From: a virus
Lineage: Duplodnaviria; Caudoviricetes
Length of the DNA: 52,989 bases
Virus record (IMG/VR): IMGVR_UViG_3300003321_000545
Coordinates: 1-52,989 of that record
Strand: one strand, 5' to 3'
Shown here: positions 11,241-22,430 of the stretch, one piece after another
How positions within the stretch are numbered: position 1 is the stretch's first letter
Layout of the letters: every line of letters starts with the position of its first letter
Program-made: the position numbers and the translations under genes
Notes under the pieces: generated by a model
Told to the model about the DNA's origin: nothing
Databases searched by the model: none
Seen by the model: only the letters and a program-made list of their open reading frames with translations

Positions 11241-13643
11241 ATGCCATTTGTTCAAAGTTATACAAATATATTTGGTGGCAATCAGATATCAACCGTTTTT
11301 CCTTCCTATATTGCTTATGATTTAACAGGAGATATAACATTAAATTGGGCATCATCTTTTGTTGATAATAGTAATGTTGTCGCAAATATTATGGATTTTA
11401 CATCTACACCCGTTACCACTTTATTAGGAAACAATCCATTAACTTCTGCAAATGGAACTGGAGTTGTAACAGTTACTGTCGTATCTACAGCAAATCTTAT
11501 ATCAGGCCAATTTGTAACAATTTCAGGAGCTACTACATTTAACAATTTAACGGCGCCAGAATTAAATATTACAGCAGCTATAACCGTTATCAGTGCAACA
11601 CAATTTACCTATAATACAACAGGAACGGCAAATGCTACATCAGGGGGTGGTGGAAATGCTGTTAATCTTTCTACGTCTTTATATGTTGTAACACTTCCTG
11701 ATTCAAGATTAGTCTCAACAGGACAAACTATAAATATTAACAATCCAGGAACAAATAGTGTTGTTTTTCATGATAATGCTGGTGGCGTTATATTAACTGT
11801 TAATCCTGGAATTTCATGGCAACTTTACTTAAGAGATAATTCTACGGCTGCGGGAACATGGGGATTAACTCAAAATGGTGCTGGAACAACACAAGCTCAA
11901 GCAACTCAATTAATTACATCCAATTCTGGTTTAACCATAATAAACGGTTTAATAGATGTAAATATGCCCAATAAAACTATTAATGCCAATTATCAGATTT
12001 TATCCTCAGATCGAGCAAATTTATTAATTTGGACTGGTGGGGTTGGAACTTTTACAATGCCAACTTTGGCAACTGTAGGCAATGGTTTCTACATTGGAGT
12101 CAATAATCAAGGTGGTGGTAATTTGACCATTAATACTGGGGATGGAACCACTATTGATGGAAATCCAACTTTAACTCTACAACCTGGTCAATCAACATTT
12201 ATAGATGGTGGAAGTGCTAATTGGAATACTATAGGTTATGGTCAAAATTCTGTTTTTCAATACACGGCAGTGAGTATAAATGTTGCAGGTAATTCAAATG
12301 TTAATTTAACCAATCAACAAGCTAGTAATCAAATTATCAACTTAACAGGTGTTTTGACTGGTAATATCACTGTTACATGGCCAACTGTAACTGGTGTATG
12401 GTACGTTTTTAATAATACCTCTGGATTATTTACTATTCAAGCCAATGGTGGTTTGAACATTCCCCAATCAGAAAAAGTTATTCTGTATTGTGATGGAACT
12501 ACTTTTTATTTAACACCTACGGTTGCTACATCTGTTGTGTTTAATGACGGAAATGCAGCTAATCCATCTATAGCTTTTGCGTCAGATCCAACATCTGGTT
12601 TTTATAAAGTAGGTGCCACATCGTGGGGATTTTCATCTGCTGGAGCCAATGCATTAACATTAGGTGCATTATCAAATGGACAAACAGGATTTGCGATTGC
12701 AGCTAATGATGTTTTGCGTCTTGTAGGAACAAATGCGGGATTTTATGCCACATTAAAAGCTGGAAATATGGCAGGAAATGTTAATTGGACATGGCCAATT
12801 GCTGATTCTGTTAGTGCTCATGGTGTTCTTCAATCTGATGCTGCTGGTACATTATCTTTTTCGACCGCAACATATCCTGTTACAACTACTGTAAATCAAC
12901 TTCTGTACTCTTCTGCTACTAATACAATAGTTGGATTACCAACAGCAAATTCTTCCACGTTGATAACGAGTGCGGGTGGGGTTCCATCACTTAGCCAAAC
13001 ATTACCGACGGCAGTGCAAGCTAATATCACGACATTGGGAACTATTACGACTGGCATATGGCAAGGAACACCAGTTGGAGTAGTATATGGAGGCACAGGG
13101 CTTGCAACATTAACAACTGCTTATGGTGTAGTATGTGCAGGTACAACAGCAACAGGTGCTTTACAAAATGCCGGAGCTGGAACTGCAAATCAAGTATTTA
13201 CATCCAATGGTGCGGGTGCACTTCCTTCATGGAAAGCTATTACAATTGCATTGCCTGCTGCTGTTAAAGCTGATCAAACAACTGGTACATCTACCACAGT
13301 TTATGTTAATCCAGCAGTTCAACAATTTCACGATAGTGCTGTTAAAGCATGGATTATGTTTAGAGGAACGGATGGAACAGTTTTTACGAGTTACAATGCA
13401 AATGTAGCTCGACTTGCAACCGGAGATTATAGAGTTACATTTACAACTGCGTTTGCTTCAGCAAATTATTGTTGGAGCATTAATATGGGTAATGCCGCTT
13501 CAAGTGGAAATGTTTGGGTTTCTGATGCGCCTTATGGAGAATCTGCAACTACAACGACATTTAGATTTTCTGCTCAATTATTTTCATCAGGAACATTTGA
13601 TGATCCTCAATTAATATCTGCTACATTTTATGGACGTCAATAA
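11241..13643 (+). CDS. Tail fibre/appendage protein
   Basis: LTGVLTGNITV, DG.AANPSIAF..D..SGFY motifs; shared fibre modules; AVKAW.MF C-terminal domain. Confidence 0.7.
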   Translation: MPFVQSYTNIFGGNQISTVFPSYIAYDLTGDITLNWASSFVDNSNVVANIMDFTSTPVTTLLGNNPLTSANGTGVVTVTVVSTANLISGQFVTISGATTFNNLTAPELNITAAITVISATQFTYNTTGTANATSGGGGNAVNLSTSLYVVTLPDSRLVSTGQTININNPGTNSVVFHDNAGGVILTVNPGISWQLYLRDNSTAAGTWGLTQNGAGTTQAQATQLITSNSGLTIINGLIDVNMPNKTINANYQILSSDRANLLIWTGGVGTFTMPTLATVGNGFYIGVNNQGGGNLTINTGDGTTIDGNPTLTLQPGQSTFIDGGSANWNTIGYGQNSVFQYTAVSINVAGNSNVNLTNQQASNQIINLTGVLTGNITVTWPTVTGVWYVFNNTSGLFTIQANGGLNIPQSEKVILYCDGTTFYLTPTVATSVVFNDGNAANPSIAFASDPTSGFYKVGATSWGFSSAGANALTLGALSNGQTGFAIAANDVLRLVGTNAGFYATLKAGNMAGNVNWTWPIADSVSAHGVLQSDAAGTLSFSTATYPVTTTVNQLLYSSATNTIVGLPTANSSTLITSAGGVPSLSQTLPTAVQANITTLGTITTGIWQGTPVGVVYGGTGLATLTTAYGVVCAGTTATGALQNAGAGTANQVFTSNGAGALPSWKAITIALPAAVKADQTTGTSTTVYVNPAVQQFHDSAVKAWIMFRGTDGTVFTSYNANVARLATGDYRVTFTTAFASANYCWSINMGNAASSGNVWVSDAPYGESATTTTFRFSAQLFSSGTFDDPQLISATFYGRQ

Positions 13644-15727
13644 TGCCAGCAGATCATTTAATAGAACCCATCAAAACTAAACCTGGGATACAGCGTGATG
13701 GAACCCAACTAGATGCAGATCAATATATTGATGGTCAACATGTGCGTTTTTATAGAGGTCGTCCCAAAAAAATGGGAGGCAGAATATTATTAGATTCTGG
13801 TACTACTGAAATTATCAGAAATTTATATGCCGTTGAACAAATTGATAATTCAACAGATGTTTATCTTGGAAGACCAAGCACATTAAATGTAACAAATGTT
13901 TATAATAACACAGCAGCTCCCGAAATTAATAGAACACCTGCTAACTTTATAGCAGATTCTAATAATATGTGGTCCTTTGATGAATATACTGTTCAAAATG
14001 CATCAGGAGCAGTTTTATTAGGCAATGATCCTTTATCAGTTACAAATGGATCAAATGTTGTCACTGTAACAGTTGCAAGCACAAATGGACTACAAAATGA
14101 ACAACAAGTCACTATTGCCGGTGCAGCTGATACACATGGTATAACAGCAGTTGAACTTAATATAACAGCTCCAATAACAATTGTTGATGGAACTCATTTT
14201 AGTTATGTAGCGGGTGGAAATGGTACAAGTACAGGTACAGGAGGAGGAAATGCTGTTACTTATAATCTTAATTTGCCTGTTACTTATGTGGTTGGAGTTG
14301 CTGCCCCCAATCTTTTAAATATCAATAATCAAACCCAAAGATTAATTTATTGGGGTGACAAAACTGCTACATCAATTTTTACAGAAATATCAACTTCTCA
14401 TCAGATGACTTCCGGTGGAATTGTTACGGCTTATCCTTACTTTTTCAAATATGGAAATAATGGCGTTGTGGTTGCAACTACTGATCCTGGGGGTGACTGG
14501 TCTACTGCAAAAACATTTCCAATTGCAAGCAGTAAAATTGTAAAAGGTGCTGTAACCAGAGGTGGAACAGGCGCACCTGCAATATTATTTTGGTCGCTTA
14601 GATCATTAATACGAGCAACATTTGTAGGGGGAGACCCAGTTTTTCAATTTGATACTATTCAACAGGGTGTTCCTATACTCGCTCAAAACAGTGTAGTTAC
14701 AACTGAAAATGCTTTTTTCTGGATATCAAATGACCAATTTTGGATGTATGACGGCGTTGTACGTCAACTCGATAATTATCAAAATAGATTATTTTTCTTT
14801 AAAAATTTAAATTGGACATATAGAAATATAATTTTTGGAGAATATCGTTCTGAATATCATGAGATTTGGTGGCACTTTCCATTTGGTAATGCTACTGAAA
14901 ATAATCATGCAATTATATATCAGATTGAATCTAATTCTTGGTATGATACTTCCATAACGAGAAGTGCTGGCTATGTAGCTTCTAACTTTCCAAATCCTTT
15001 AACGGCTGATTCTACAGCTATATTAAATAGATTTAATTTGTTGGCCACATTAACTGTTAATTTGGCAAACAATCCTATTACAACTATTAATGCATCCGCT
15101 GTTGTAACAGTTAATTATCCTTCAAACCAAACATTACAAAATGGAAATACAGTTACAATTGCTGGATCTACTGATGTTGGTACAATTACAGCCGTACAAC
15201 TTAATATACAAGCTGTAATATTCAACGTCGATCCAATTGCTCATACATTTCAATATACATCCAATGGAGTCGGTGATGGTACTGTTGGAGGTGGAAATGC
15301 TGTTACATATTCTATACAAGTTCCAAATAATTGTTACGGTTTGTGGGAAGAAGATATAGGAACAGATGAAATTATATATGGGCAGGAATTGGCAATAGAT
15401 TCATTTTTTGAAACCAATTATATTTCCTGGGTAGAAAAGTTCCCAAATGATGACCGTCAAATACGTATACGTCGTATAGAGCCAGATTTTGTTCAATCTC
15501 AAAACATGACTTTAGTACTTAAAATGCGCCCATTTGCACAAAGTAATCCAATTATATCTCAAACTTATACCTTCATTCCTGGAGAAACCACAATTATTTT
15601 AGCAAAAGTGGACACCGTTAATATGGGAAGATTTGTTACATTAAAATTTGAAAGCAATGCTGCCGGTGGGGATTATCTTATGGGAAAAGTATTAATAAAT
15701 TATGCTCCAGGAGATGTGCGTCCATGA
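13643..15727 (+). CDS. Tail nozzle/stabilisation protein (tubular protein B-like)
   Basis: KPGIQRDGT...VRF.RG.PKKMGG...FW....FWMYDG...EIWWHFP...RRIEPDF; two inserted domains. Confidence 0.65.
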   Translation: MPADHLIEPIKTKPGIQRDGTQLDADQYIDGQHVRFYRGRPKKMGGRILLDSGTTEIIRNLYAVEQIDNSTDVYLGRPSTLNVTNVYNNTAAPEINRTPANFIADSNNMWSFDEYTVQNASGAVLLGNDPLSVTNGSNVVTVTVASTNGLQNEQQVTIAGAADTHGITAVELNITAPITIVDGTHFSYVAGGNGTSTGTGGGNAVTYNLNLPVTYVVGVAAPNLLNINNQTQRLIYWGDKTATSIFTEISTSHQMTSGGIVTAYPYFFKYGNNGVVVATTDPGGDWSTAKTFPIASSKIVKGAVTRGGTGAPAILFWSLRSLIRATFVGGDPVFQFDTIQQGVPILAQNSVVTTENAFFWISNDQFWMYDGVVRQLDNYQNRLFFFKNLNWTYRNIIFGEYRSEYHEIWWHFPFGNATENNHAIIYQIESNSWYDTSITRSAGYVASNFPNPLTADSTAILNRFNLLATLTVNLANNPITTINASAVVTVNYPSNQTLQNGNTVTIAGSTDVGTITAVQLNIQAVIFNVDPIAHTFQYTSNGVGDGTVGGGNAVTYSIQVPNNCYGLWEEDIGTDEIIYGQELAIDSFFETNYISWVEKFPNDDRQIRIRRIEPDFVQSQNMTLVLKMRPFAQSNPIISQTYTFIPGETTIILAKVDTVNMGRFVTLKFESNAAGGDYLMGKVLINYAPGDVRP

Positions 15728-15948
15728 CAACAGTTACACTTCCAATCAATATCGATTTTATTACTTGGACTAGTAATATCAGTATTGATTTACCAAATTT
15801 AAATTTTCCTGTGGCAAGAGATGAAAGTGATTGGAAATCCTGGGCAAGATATACGATTGATCTTAATCAATTAGCGGGGGTTCCAAACCCACAATATTTT
15901 GATACTTGGCAAGAATGGGCTAATTATTTTGTTAATAATGTGCAATAA
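15724..15948 (+). CDS. Small Trp-rich conserved phage protein
   Basis: Coupled to neighbours; VPNPQYFDTWQEWA. Confidence 0.6.
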   Translation: MTTVTLPINIDFITWTSNISIDLPNLNFPVARDESDWKSWARYTIDLNQLAGVPNPQYFDTWQEWANYFVNNVQ

Positions 15949-15968
15949 TTAATTATAGGAGTGTTACA

Positions 15969-17519
15969 ATGAATTTACCACCTGCATTGGATGATTTAAA
16001 ATCAGATCAAAATCAAGAAATGAATGAAGAGCCAGTAAATATATTAGCTCACATTGCTCCTGATGAAATACCATATTTAAATGAAATGCAGGGACGAGAA
16101 ATTATCGATCCAGATACAGGGTTGAGAGATTATACACTTCTTTCTTTTATTCTAACTCAACCTGAAGCAAAACAGGGATTAGAAGAAGCAAATCAAATCA
16201 TTAAAACAAAACATATGGCCGAAGGTGGTCATGTATCTGAAATAGGAAGACCAATTGTTCCTGAATTGGAAGAATTACGACAAGCTGGTCGGGGTAAAGA
16301 TACAGAATTAATTATTATTACACCTGAATTGGCCGATATATTTAATGAAATGCACGGTACAAAAGCCAAAATCAATCCTATAACAGGATTTCCTGAATAT
16401 GGGTTTTTTAAAGAACTTTTCCGCGTTGCAGCCCCTATTGTTGGTGCTGTATTAGGTGGACCTGTGGGTGCTTTTGCAGGGTCCGTGGCGGCAAATAAAG
16501 CGACGGGTAAATCATGGGGTGATTCATTAAAGCAAGGTGTATTATCTGGCGGTTTAACCATGGCAGCCCCTATGATAGGCGGAATGTTTCAAGGGGCATT
16601 TCCTGGTATGTCCTCAGCAATGGGTCAAGGTGCGAGAGGAATATTTGGACAACAATTTGGTGGTGGTTTAGCAAACTTATTTACACCTGGAATGAATTCT
16701 GGACTCGTGGGGGGAATACTAGGTGGGGGCGGTGGAAACAATGTTGTGCCAGCTAACACAGTAAATAGAATACTTCCAGGATCTGCATATGGTGGCGGTG
16801 CTAGTCAATCTTCAGGTGGTCGAGGGGGAATTGGTGGTTTTATAGGATCATTAGGTGGAAGTAATTTGCTTCCTGTTGCTGCTCTTGGTGCATCTGCTTT
16901 GATGGGTATGAAAGGGAATAAGGAAGATGAGAGAAGAAAAAGAGAATATGAAGAAAGAATGAGACAAGATTTTGAAAGTGATCTTGTTAGATCTGGTCAT
17001 AGATCTCCTTATCAAAAAGTTAAACCCCTAAGCAGAGAATATAATTTAGAAACAACCCCAGGTATGGGAGAACATAAGTTTTATAAAGATTACGATCTTA
17101 GTAAAGTTGAATATATGAGTCATGGTGGGGCAATTAGAGGATATGGAAAGGGTCAGCAAGATAATATTCCCAAGAATATTCGTGAAGATAGCTATATCAT
17201 AGATGCCTCTACAGTTAGTGATTTAGGAGATGGTTCTAGCAATGCTGGAATCAAAGAATTAGATCATTTTTTTGGTAGATTAAATGGCCGTCCTACTCAT
17301 AAAAAAGGTGGATACATCAAAGCTCTTGTTTCTGACGGTGAATATGAAGTTTCTCCTGAAAAAGTAACAGCATTAGGGGGAGGTTCTAATAAGAAGGGTG
17401 CAATGATGCTAAAAGGTATGGTTAAAGATATCCGAAAATCTAAGAGAATGTCGGGATACAAATTACCACCTAAAGCAAAACCACTATCGGGATACTTGAA
17501 ACGAATGAATATGGCATAA
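15969..17519 (+). CDS. Internal virion/DNA ejection protein
   Basis: Duplicated (AH)I.P.E...INP.TG..EY domain, Gly-rich hydrophobic middle, duplicated GG...D.(Y/E).(I/V)....V..LG.GS...G domain. Confidence 0.55.
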   Translation: MNLPPALDDLKSDQNQEMNEEPVNILAHIAPDEIPYLNEMQGREIIDPDTGLRDYTLLSFILTQPEAKQGLEEANQIIKTKHMAEGGHVSEIGRPIVPELEELRQAGRGKDTELIIITPELADIFNEMHGTKAKINPITGFPEYGFFKELFRVAAPIVGAVLGGPVGAFAGSVAANKATGKSWGDSLKQGVLSGGLTMAAPMIGGMFQGAFPGMSSAMGQGARGIFGQQFGGGLANLFTPGMNSGLVGGILGGGGGNNVVPANTVNRILPGSAYGGGASQSSGGRGGIGGFIGSLGGSNLLPVAALGASALMGMKGNKEDERRKREYEERMRQDFESDLVRSGHRSPYQKVKPLSREYNLETTPGMGEHKFYKDYDLSKVEYMSHGGAIRGYGKGQQDNIPKNIREDSYIIDASTVSDLGDGSSNAGIKELDHFFGRLNGRPTHKKGGYIKALVSDGEYEVSPEKVTALGGGSNKKGAMMLKGMVKDIRKSKRMSGYKLPPKAKPLSGYLKRMNMA

Positions 17520-17532
17520 GGAGTAAAAAATT

Positions 17533-19776
17533 ATGTGGGGTTTTTTTCAAAATGCACCAGATTGGTATTTACCACAAGAAAAAGCACGTCGGGAGAATAT
17601 AGAAGCCGTAACTACCACTCCTTATGATGAATATAAGGTTACTCCTGAAATTTTAGAAAAGACGGAACAAACACGCGTTGCTCCTTTTACTAAATTTCAA
17701 CATATGGCAGAAGAAATTGCTCAAGATGAGGCAACAAACCCAGCGTATCCTGGACTATTTAGAGAATCTAGTGGAGCAATTAGAGATGCTTTGGGTCGTG
17801 ATATTACATCTCGTATAAATCCATATATAGAACGAGCAACATCAAATCCTTTATCGGCCGCTCGCGAATATATGAATCCATATAATCAAGCTGTAATAGA
17901 AAATATAGGAAAATTAGGGTCGAGAAATCTATTAGAAAATATTTTACCTAACGTTCAAGATCAATTCGTTAGAGCTGGTCAATATGGATCATCCCGTCAT
18001 CAAGACTTAACGAACAAAGCTATTAGAGATACTCAAGAAGCCATTACAAGAGAGCAAGCAAATGCCTTAAGAGGGGGTTATAGTGAAGCCCTACAAACGG
18101 CTGTTGGACAACAAGAAAGACAATTACAAGGTGGTCAACTTCTAGGCGGTTCATTGGGCAGAGATATAGAGCGGCAAATTGCAGGTGGTAGAGAATTACA
18201 AAATCTCTCTGAATCTCAACAACAAGCACGTCAAAGAGGTGCTGGATTTCTTGGACAAATTGGAGGTTTACAACAACAACAAGCACAGACTGTTAGAAAT
18301 ACTGCTTTTGAAGATGCAATGAGACAAAGAGATTTTCCATTTTTGCAAGCTTCCAGAAGAGCTGCATTATCAACTGGATTCCAATTACCAACTCAACAAC
18401 AGCAATCCGCCTATATGCCTCAAGCTCCTTCTCCTAGCTCTTGGACACAAGGTGCAGGATTAATTTCGCAATTATCTGGATTAGCAGGAATGGCAGGTCA
18501 AAGACAAGGTTTTGCAAAAGGAGGGGAAGTATCTCGATCTAAATATCATATTAGACATTATGCAAATGGTGGGGGAGTTCCTAATAATCCAATTCAATTA
18601 GGTGTTAATGACGCATTAGATACAACTGAAATCAATTTCATAAGAGATCAGGCAGCAAAATTTGCACAACCTCAAGTTGACCCTTTCTGGTCCGCTGTTA
18701 TGCATGCAGGTGCTAATTATGCACAAAATCCTCAACTTGGAGGTGGTCTTGGTAAATTATCACAAGCTATAAGTGCGGGTGCAAATGAATATCAGAATCA
18801 GTTAGCACATCAAGACCAAAGAAACTTGTCAGCATCAAAATTGAATTCAATGATAAATGAAACACGTCAATGGCAAATGAGACATAATCTTGATGTCCAT
18901 AAAACAGCACATGATATTGAATATAATAAGGCTAAATTAGGAATTGATAGAGCAAAATTGGGTATGGAACAAGAAAAACATGCCGCGACCATGAACCAAA
19001 AAGATTTAATAGAAACTCCAAGAGGCATTTACCAAATTACAAAAGACGAAGCTGGTAATGCATCTTTAAGAAATCTAACACCTGAAATGGAAAAAATTGC
19101 TCTTATTAAAGCACAAGGAAAGAATAAGGATATATATGCAAAATCTAATGAAAAAGCTATTGAAGAAGCTAGAACTTCTCTAAGTTCATTAGATGCATTA
19201 AAAACGAATCTAAATGAATTAGAAAAACATGCAAAAAAATTGGACACTGGACCAATTAAAGGTAGAGTATCAAGATATGCATCTACTGTCGGAGATATTC
19301 CTATTGCCGGTAAATTATTAGCAGCTGGTGAATCAAATGAAGCAAATACATTTGATGCTTTAACAAACCAATTAGTATTAGATTTAGGAAACCAATTAAA
19401 AGGATCTAATATAGCATTAGGGAAATTGAAGATTATTGAGGCAAGCAAACCGCAGCTTGAAAAAACTCAAAAAGGTAACTTAGAAATTATAAGTCATCTT
19501 AAGGATCTAGCTGATCTATCCCAAGAAAAGGCAAACTTTATTATTAAGCATTTAGATAATGGTGGTAATGCAGTAGAAGCTCAAAAAGCTTTCAGTGAAT
19601 ATGCCGATGCAAAGCTTAAATTTGAAGAAGAACATCCTAAAGAAAAATATCCTAATAAACCGGACGATTTCATTAATCTTTCAGATATGGATAATATAGA
19701 AACATCATCAAATATGAGTAGAGATATATCTCAATATTCAGATGATGAGTTAGAAAGAATTGTAAGGGGTGAATAA
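17533..19776 (+). CDS. Internal virion/DNA ejection (pilot-like) protein
   Basis: YMNPYNQAVI...AGQYGSSR, Gln-rich helical protein. Confidence 0.55.
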   Translation: MWGFFQNAPDWYLPQEKARRENIEAVTTTPYDEYKVTPEILEKTEQTRVAPFTKFQHMAEEIAQDEATNPAYPGLFRESSGAIRDALGRDITSRINPYIERATSNPLSAAREYMNPYNQAVIENIGKLGSRNLLENILPNVQDQFVRAGQYGSSRHQDLTNKAIRDTQEAITREQANALRGGYSEALQTAVGQQERQLQGGQLLGGSLGRDIERQIAGGRELQNLSESQQQARQRGAGFLGQIGGLQQQQAQTVRNTAFEDAMRQRDFPFLQASRRAALSTGFQLPTQQQQSAYMPQAPSPSSWTQGAGLISQLSGLAGMAGQRQGFAKGGEVSRSKYHIRHYANGGGVPNNPIQLGVNDALDTTEINFIRDQAAKFAQPQVDPFWSAVMHAGANYAQNPQLGGGLGKLSQAISAGANEYQNQLAHQDQRNLSASKLNSMINETRQWQMRHNLDVHKTAHDIEYNKAKLGIDRAKLGMEQEKHAATMNQKDLIETPRGIYQITKDEAGNASLRNLTPEMEKIALIKAQGKNKDIYAKSNEKAIEEARTSLSSLDALKTNLNELEKHAKKLDTGPIKGRVSRYASTVGDIPIAGKLLAAGESNEANTFDALTNQLVLDLGNQLKGSNIALGKLKIIEASKPQLEKTQKGNLEIISHLKDLADLSQEKANFIIKHLDNGGNAVEAQKAFSEYADAKLKFEEEHPKEKYPNKPDDFINLSDMDNIETSSNMSRDISQYSDDELERIVRGE

Positions 19777-21860
19777 TGGTTTCAATTACACCAGAGATGG
19801 CACGAGCTGAATTAGCACGCAGAAAAGGATTATCATCAAACATTCAACATATCACTCCTGAAATGGCTCGTACGGAATTAGATAGAAGAAAACAACTTAA
19901 TGTTGTTAATACACCTAAAGAATCATTAAATGATAATGAATATATCTTGAATAAGGCCGGAAGATCCCTTGCGAGAATACCTCGTAATGCAGTAGGAAGC
20001 GTATTAGATGTTGCCGATTTTATTGCAACACCTATACGTGAAGGATTAAATTTAGGAGCTAAAGCTATAGGAATAAATGCCAGAAGTGAACCCATAGCAG
20101 ATAAAGTTACCAACTTAATAGATACTGCTACTGGTGGTTATACTGCACCTCAATCAAATTCCGAAAAGGTAGAAGAGGCTATTCAGCGGGGTATTATGTC
20201 AATGCCTGTTGGTGGCGGATTGGGTACAGCCATTAAATCATTAAAACATGCCCCCCAGGGCATAAAAGCATTAGGTAACTTTTTATCAAACTCCAATGTT
20301 TTGACCCCATCTAATATTGCATCTACTGCCGGAACATCTGGTGTAGTTCAACATATTTTAAATGAAAATCCTGATGATAAAATAACTGCTGTTTTAGCAG
20401 GGTTAGGGGCTGGTACAGCTTTAGGAAATTCTAATCTGCTCTCTCAAGCTGGTAGAAATATGGCAAGTAAAAATCTAGGAACAGCAATTGGAGATAAATT
20501 ACAAATTAATCCTTCTAAGATAGAAACATTTAGTGAAGCAGGTATTACGCCTATGTTACCAGATGTATCTAATAGCAAATTATCTAAAATGATTACCTCT
20601 ACACTAGAACATACACCTTTTTCAGGATCTACAATTCAAAATGCAAAGCAACTTCAAAGAGAGCAGGTATTAAGAGGTTTAGGTCAAGGTGACTATGGAG
20701 AGAATCTTGGTAAAGTTAGAGCTGCTGAATTAACTAAAAAAGGTGCTCAGAAATACCAAAAAGAACAGAATAAAATTCACAGACAATTATTTGATAAATT
20801 GGAAAAAGATATCGAAAAATTACCAGATGATATGATAACACCTTCATCATCACAAAAATATTTTGAGAATATATTCAAAAAGTTTAGAACAAAATCTCAG
20901 GAAGAATCATTTTTACGTTCTCCTATTGGAAAGATGTATAAAAGTCTTTATGAAGAAAGTCAAAAGAATGGTGGCAGATTACCTTATTATGATTTGAAAG
21001 ATAGATTATCCCAAATTAATGATATGATTACGACACATGGTTTAATTGGAAAAGAAAGTCAAGGGAAATTGAAAGGCTTTGCCAATGCTATGGCACAGGA
21101 TATTGAGAGAGATTTGTCAAAAAAATTTAATCAATTAGGTGGTGATTCATTAGAAAATTGGAATAAATCCAAATCTGTTTATAAAGATTATGCTCAAGGT
21201 GATATTCCAAAATTAAATGAAATTTATAAGAAGGATAAAAAAGGCGCAACAGATGCATTCGTTGATCTATTAACGAATCAAAAGAAAGGTGCAGAAAAAA
21301 CTAAGATCGTATTACAAGGATTAGATCATAACGAACAAATTGATTTGATTAATAATGTAAATAAAGAATTTGGCAAAGCCAGTGATGGGTCATTTAGCCC
21401 TTTAAAATGGGCAAGAAATTTTAATTCATTAGAGCCTGAATCAAAAAAGATTTTATTATCTCCACTCGATGATAATTCTAAGAAAAAAATAAATGCTATT
21501 GCTGAATCTATAGATAGCATTAGATCAACACTAAATGAGGCAAATACCTCTAAAACTGCCTATTATAATAAATTGCATGATGTAATGACCGGCGGTCTAG
21601 CGGTATTGGGAGGAAATATTATATCCCCAGTCAAAATAGCTGGTGGTTTATTAGCTGGAAAATTGATATCTGATAAGGTAATCACAAATCCTAAATTTAT
21701 TAATTGGATGTATAATTCTATGAAAGCTAAAAATATAGACCAATTTCAAAAAATGTTGAACCATCCCCCAAAAGTTGGAAGTTTATCAAAAGGTATACAA
21801 AGAGAAATACAAATGTTTCAACGTGATTTAACAAAATCTCAAGAAGAAAACGAAAAATGA
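19776..21860 (+). CDS. Internal virion/DNA ejection protein
   Basis: Large helical protein ending the virion operon; N-terminal ITPEMAR.EL.RRK repeated twice. Confidence 0.5.
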   Translation: MVSITPEMARAELARRKGLSSNIQHITPEMARTELDRRKQLNVVNTPKESLNDNEYILNKAGRSLARIPRNAVGSVLDVADFIATPIREGLNLGAKAIGINARSEPIADKVTNLIDTATGGYTAPQSNSEKVEEAIQRGIMSMPVGGGLGTAIKSLKHAPQGIKALGNFLSNSNVLTPSNIASTAGTSGVVQHILNENPDDKITAVLAGLGAGTALGNSNLLSQAGRNMASKNLGTAIGDKLQINPSKIETFSEAGITPMLPDVSNSKLSKMITSTLEHTPFSGSTIQNAKQLQREQVLRGLGQGDYGENLGKVRAAELTKKGAQKYQKEQNKIHRQLFDKLEKDIEKLPDDMITPSSSQKYFENIFKKFRTKSQEESFLRSPIGKMYKSLYEESQKNGGRLPYYDLKDRLSQINDMITTHGLIGKESQGKLKGFANAMAQDIERDLSKKFNQLGGDSLENWNKSKSVYKDYAQGDIPKLNEIYKKDKKGATDAFVDLLTNQKKGAEKTKIVLQGLDHNEQIDLINNVNKEFGKASDGSFSPLKWARNFNSLEPESKKILLSPLDDNSKKKINAIAESIDSIRSTLNEANTSKTAYYNKLHDVMTGGLAVLGGNIISPVKIAGGLLAGKLISDKVITNPKFINWMYNSMKAKNIDQFQKMLNHPPKVGSLSKGIQREIQMFQRDLTKSQEENEK

Positions 21861-22348
21861 TATTATATTCATTTATATGGCCTTTTGTATGCGGAATAGC
21901 TAATAGAATTAGGGGTGGTTGGTTAACTAATTACATTAAAAAAATATATCCAGATTGGGGCACAGATGCAGGGAGAATATTTGTGTCCTGTATCATTACA
22001 ATTCCCCTCATAAATCAATTTGTATGGTGGAAAATATTGCTATTTAACATAGTATTATTTTTAGGTTTCTGCCCTGGTTGGGACCCGTGGAATATTATGA
22101 AAAATCCTAAAGTCGATATTCCACATTTATCTTTGCGTGGACTAATACTAACATTTCCAGCAGGATTTTTATTAGGTTTATGGCCTTTTGCGTTTTGCGG
22201 AATTCTAATGGGAACCACTTATTATTATACATGGAAATATGCCCCCTATTATAAAGATTGCAGTGGTTATGTTTGGAGCGGATCGGATTGGGGAGAGTTG
22301 ATATTTGGCGTAATATTAGGATCATTTTTAATCTATTCAATTTCATAA
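21857..22348 (+). CDS. Polytopic membrane protein
   Basis: Several hydrophobic helices; NRIRGG; coupled to the previous ORF. Confidence 0.6.
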   Translation: MILYSFIWPFVCGIANRIRGGWLTNYIKKIYPDWGTDAGRIFVSCIITIPLINQFVWWKILLFNIVLFLGFCPGWDPWNIMKNPKVDIPHLSLRGLILTFPAGFLLGLWPFAFCGILMGTTYYYTWKYAPYYKDCSGYVWSGSDWGELIFGVILGSFLIYSIS

Positions 22349-22430
22349 AATTTTATTGATTATTTTTACAAATTAAGTTATCTTATAATTGGTGGTAAAT
22401 TATGGTTAAATCTAATACGGAGTGTTAATT

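Noticed and set aside
5723-13643. Tail-fibre shufflon or diversity-generating retroelement
   Set aside because: All fibre genes share one orientation with no inverted cassettes; no reverse transcriptase or adenine-specific TR/VR pair seen
992-21520. Many short alternate-frame and antisense ORFs inside structural genes
   Set aside because: Fully nested in long genes, no RBS, shadow-like composition
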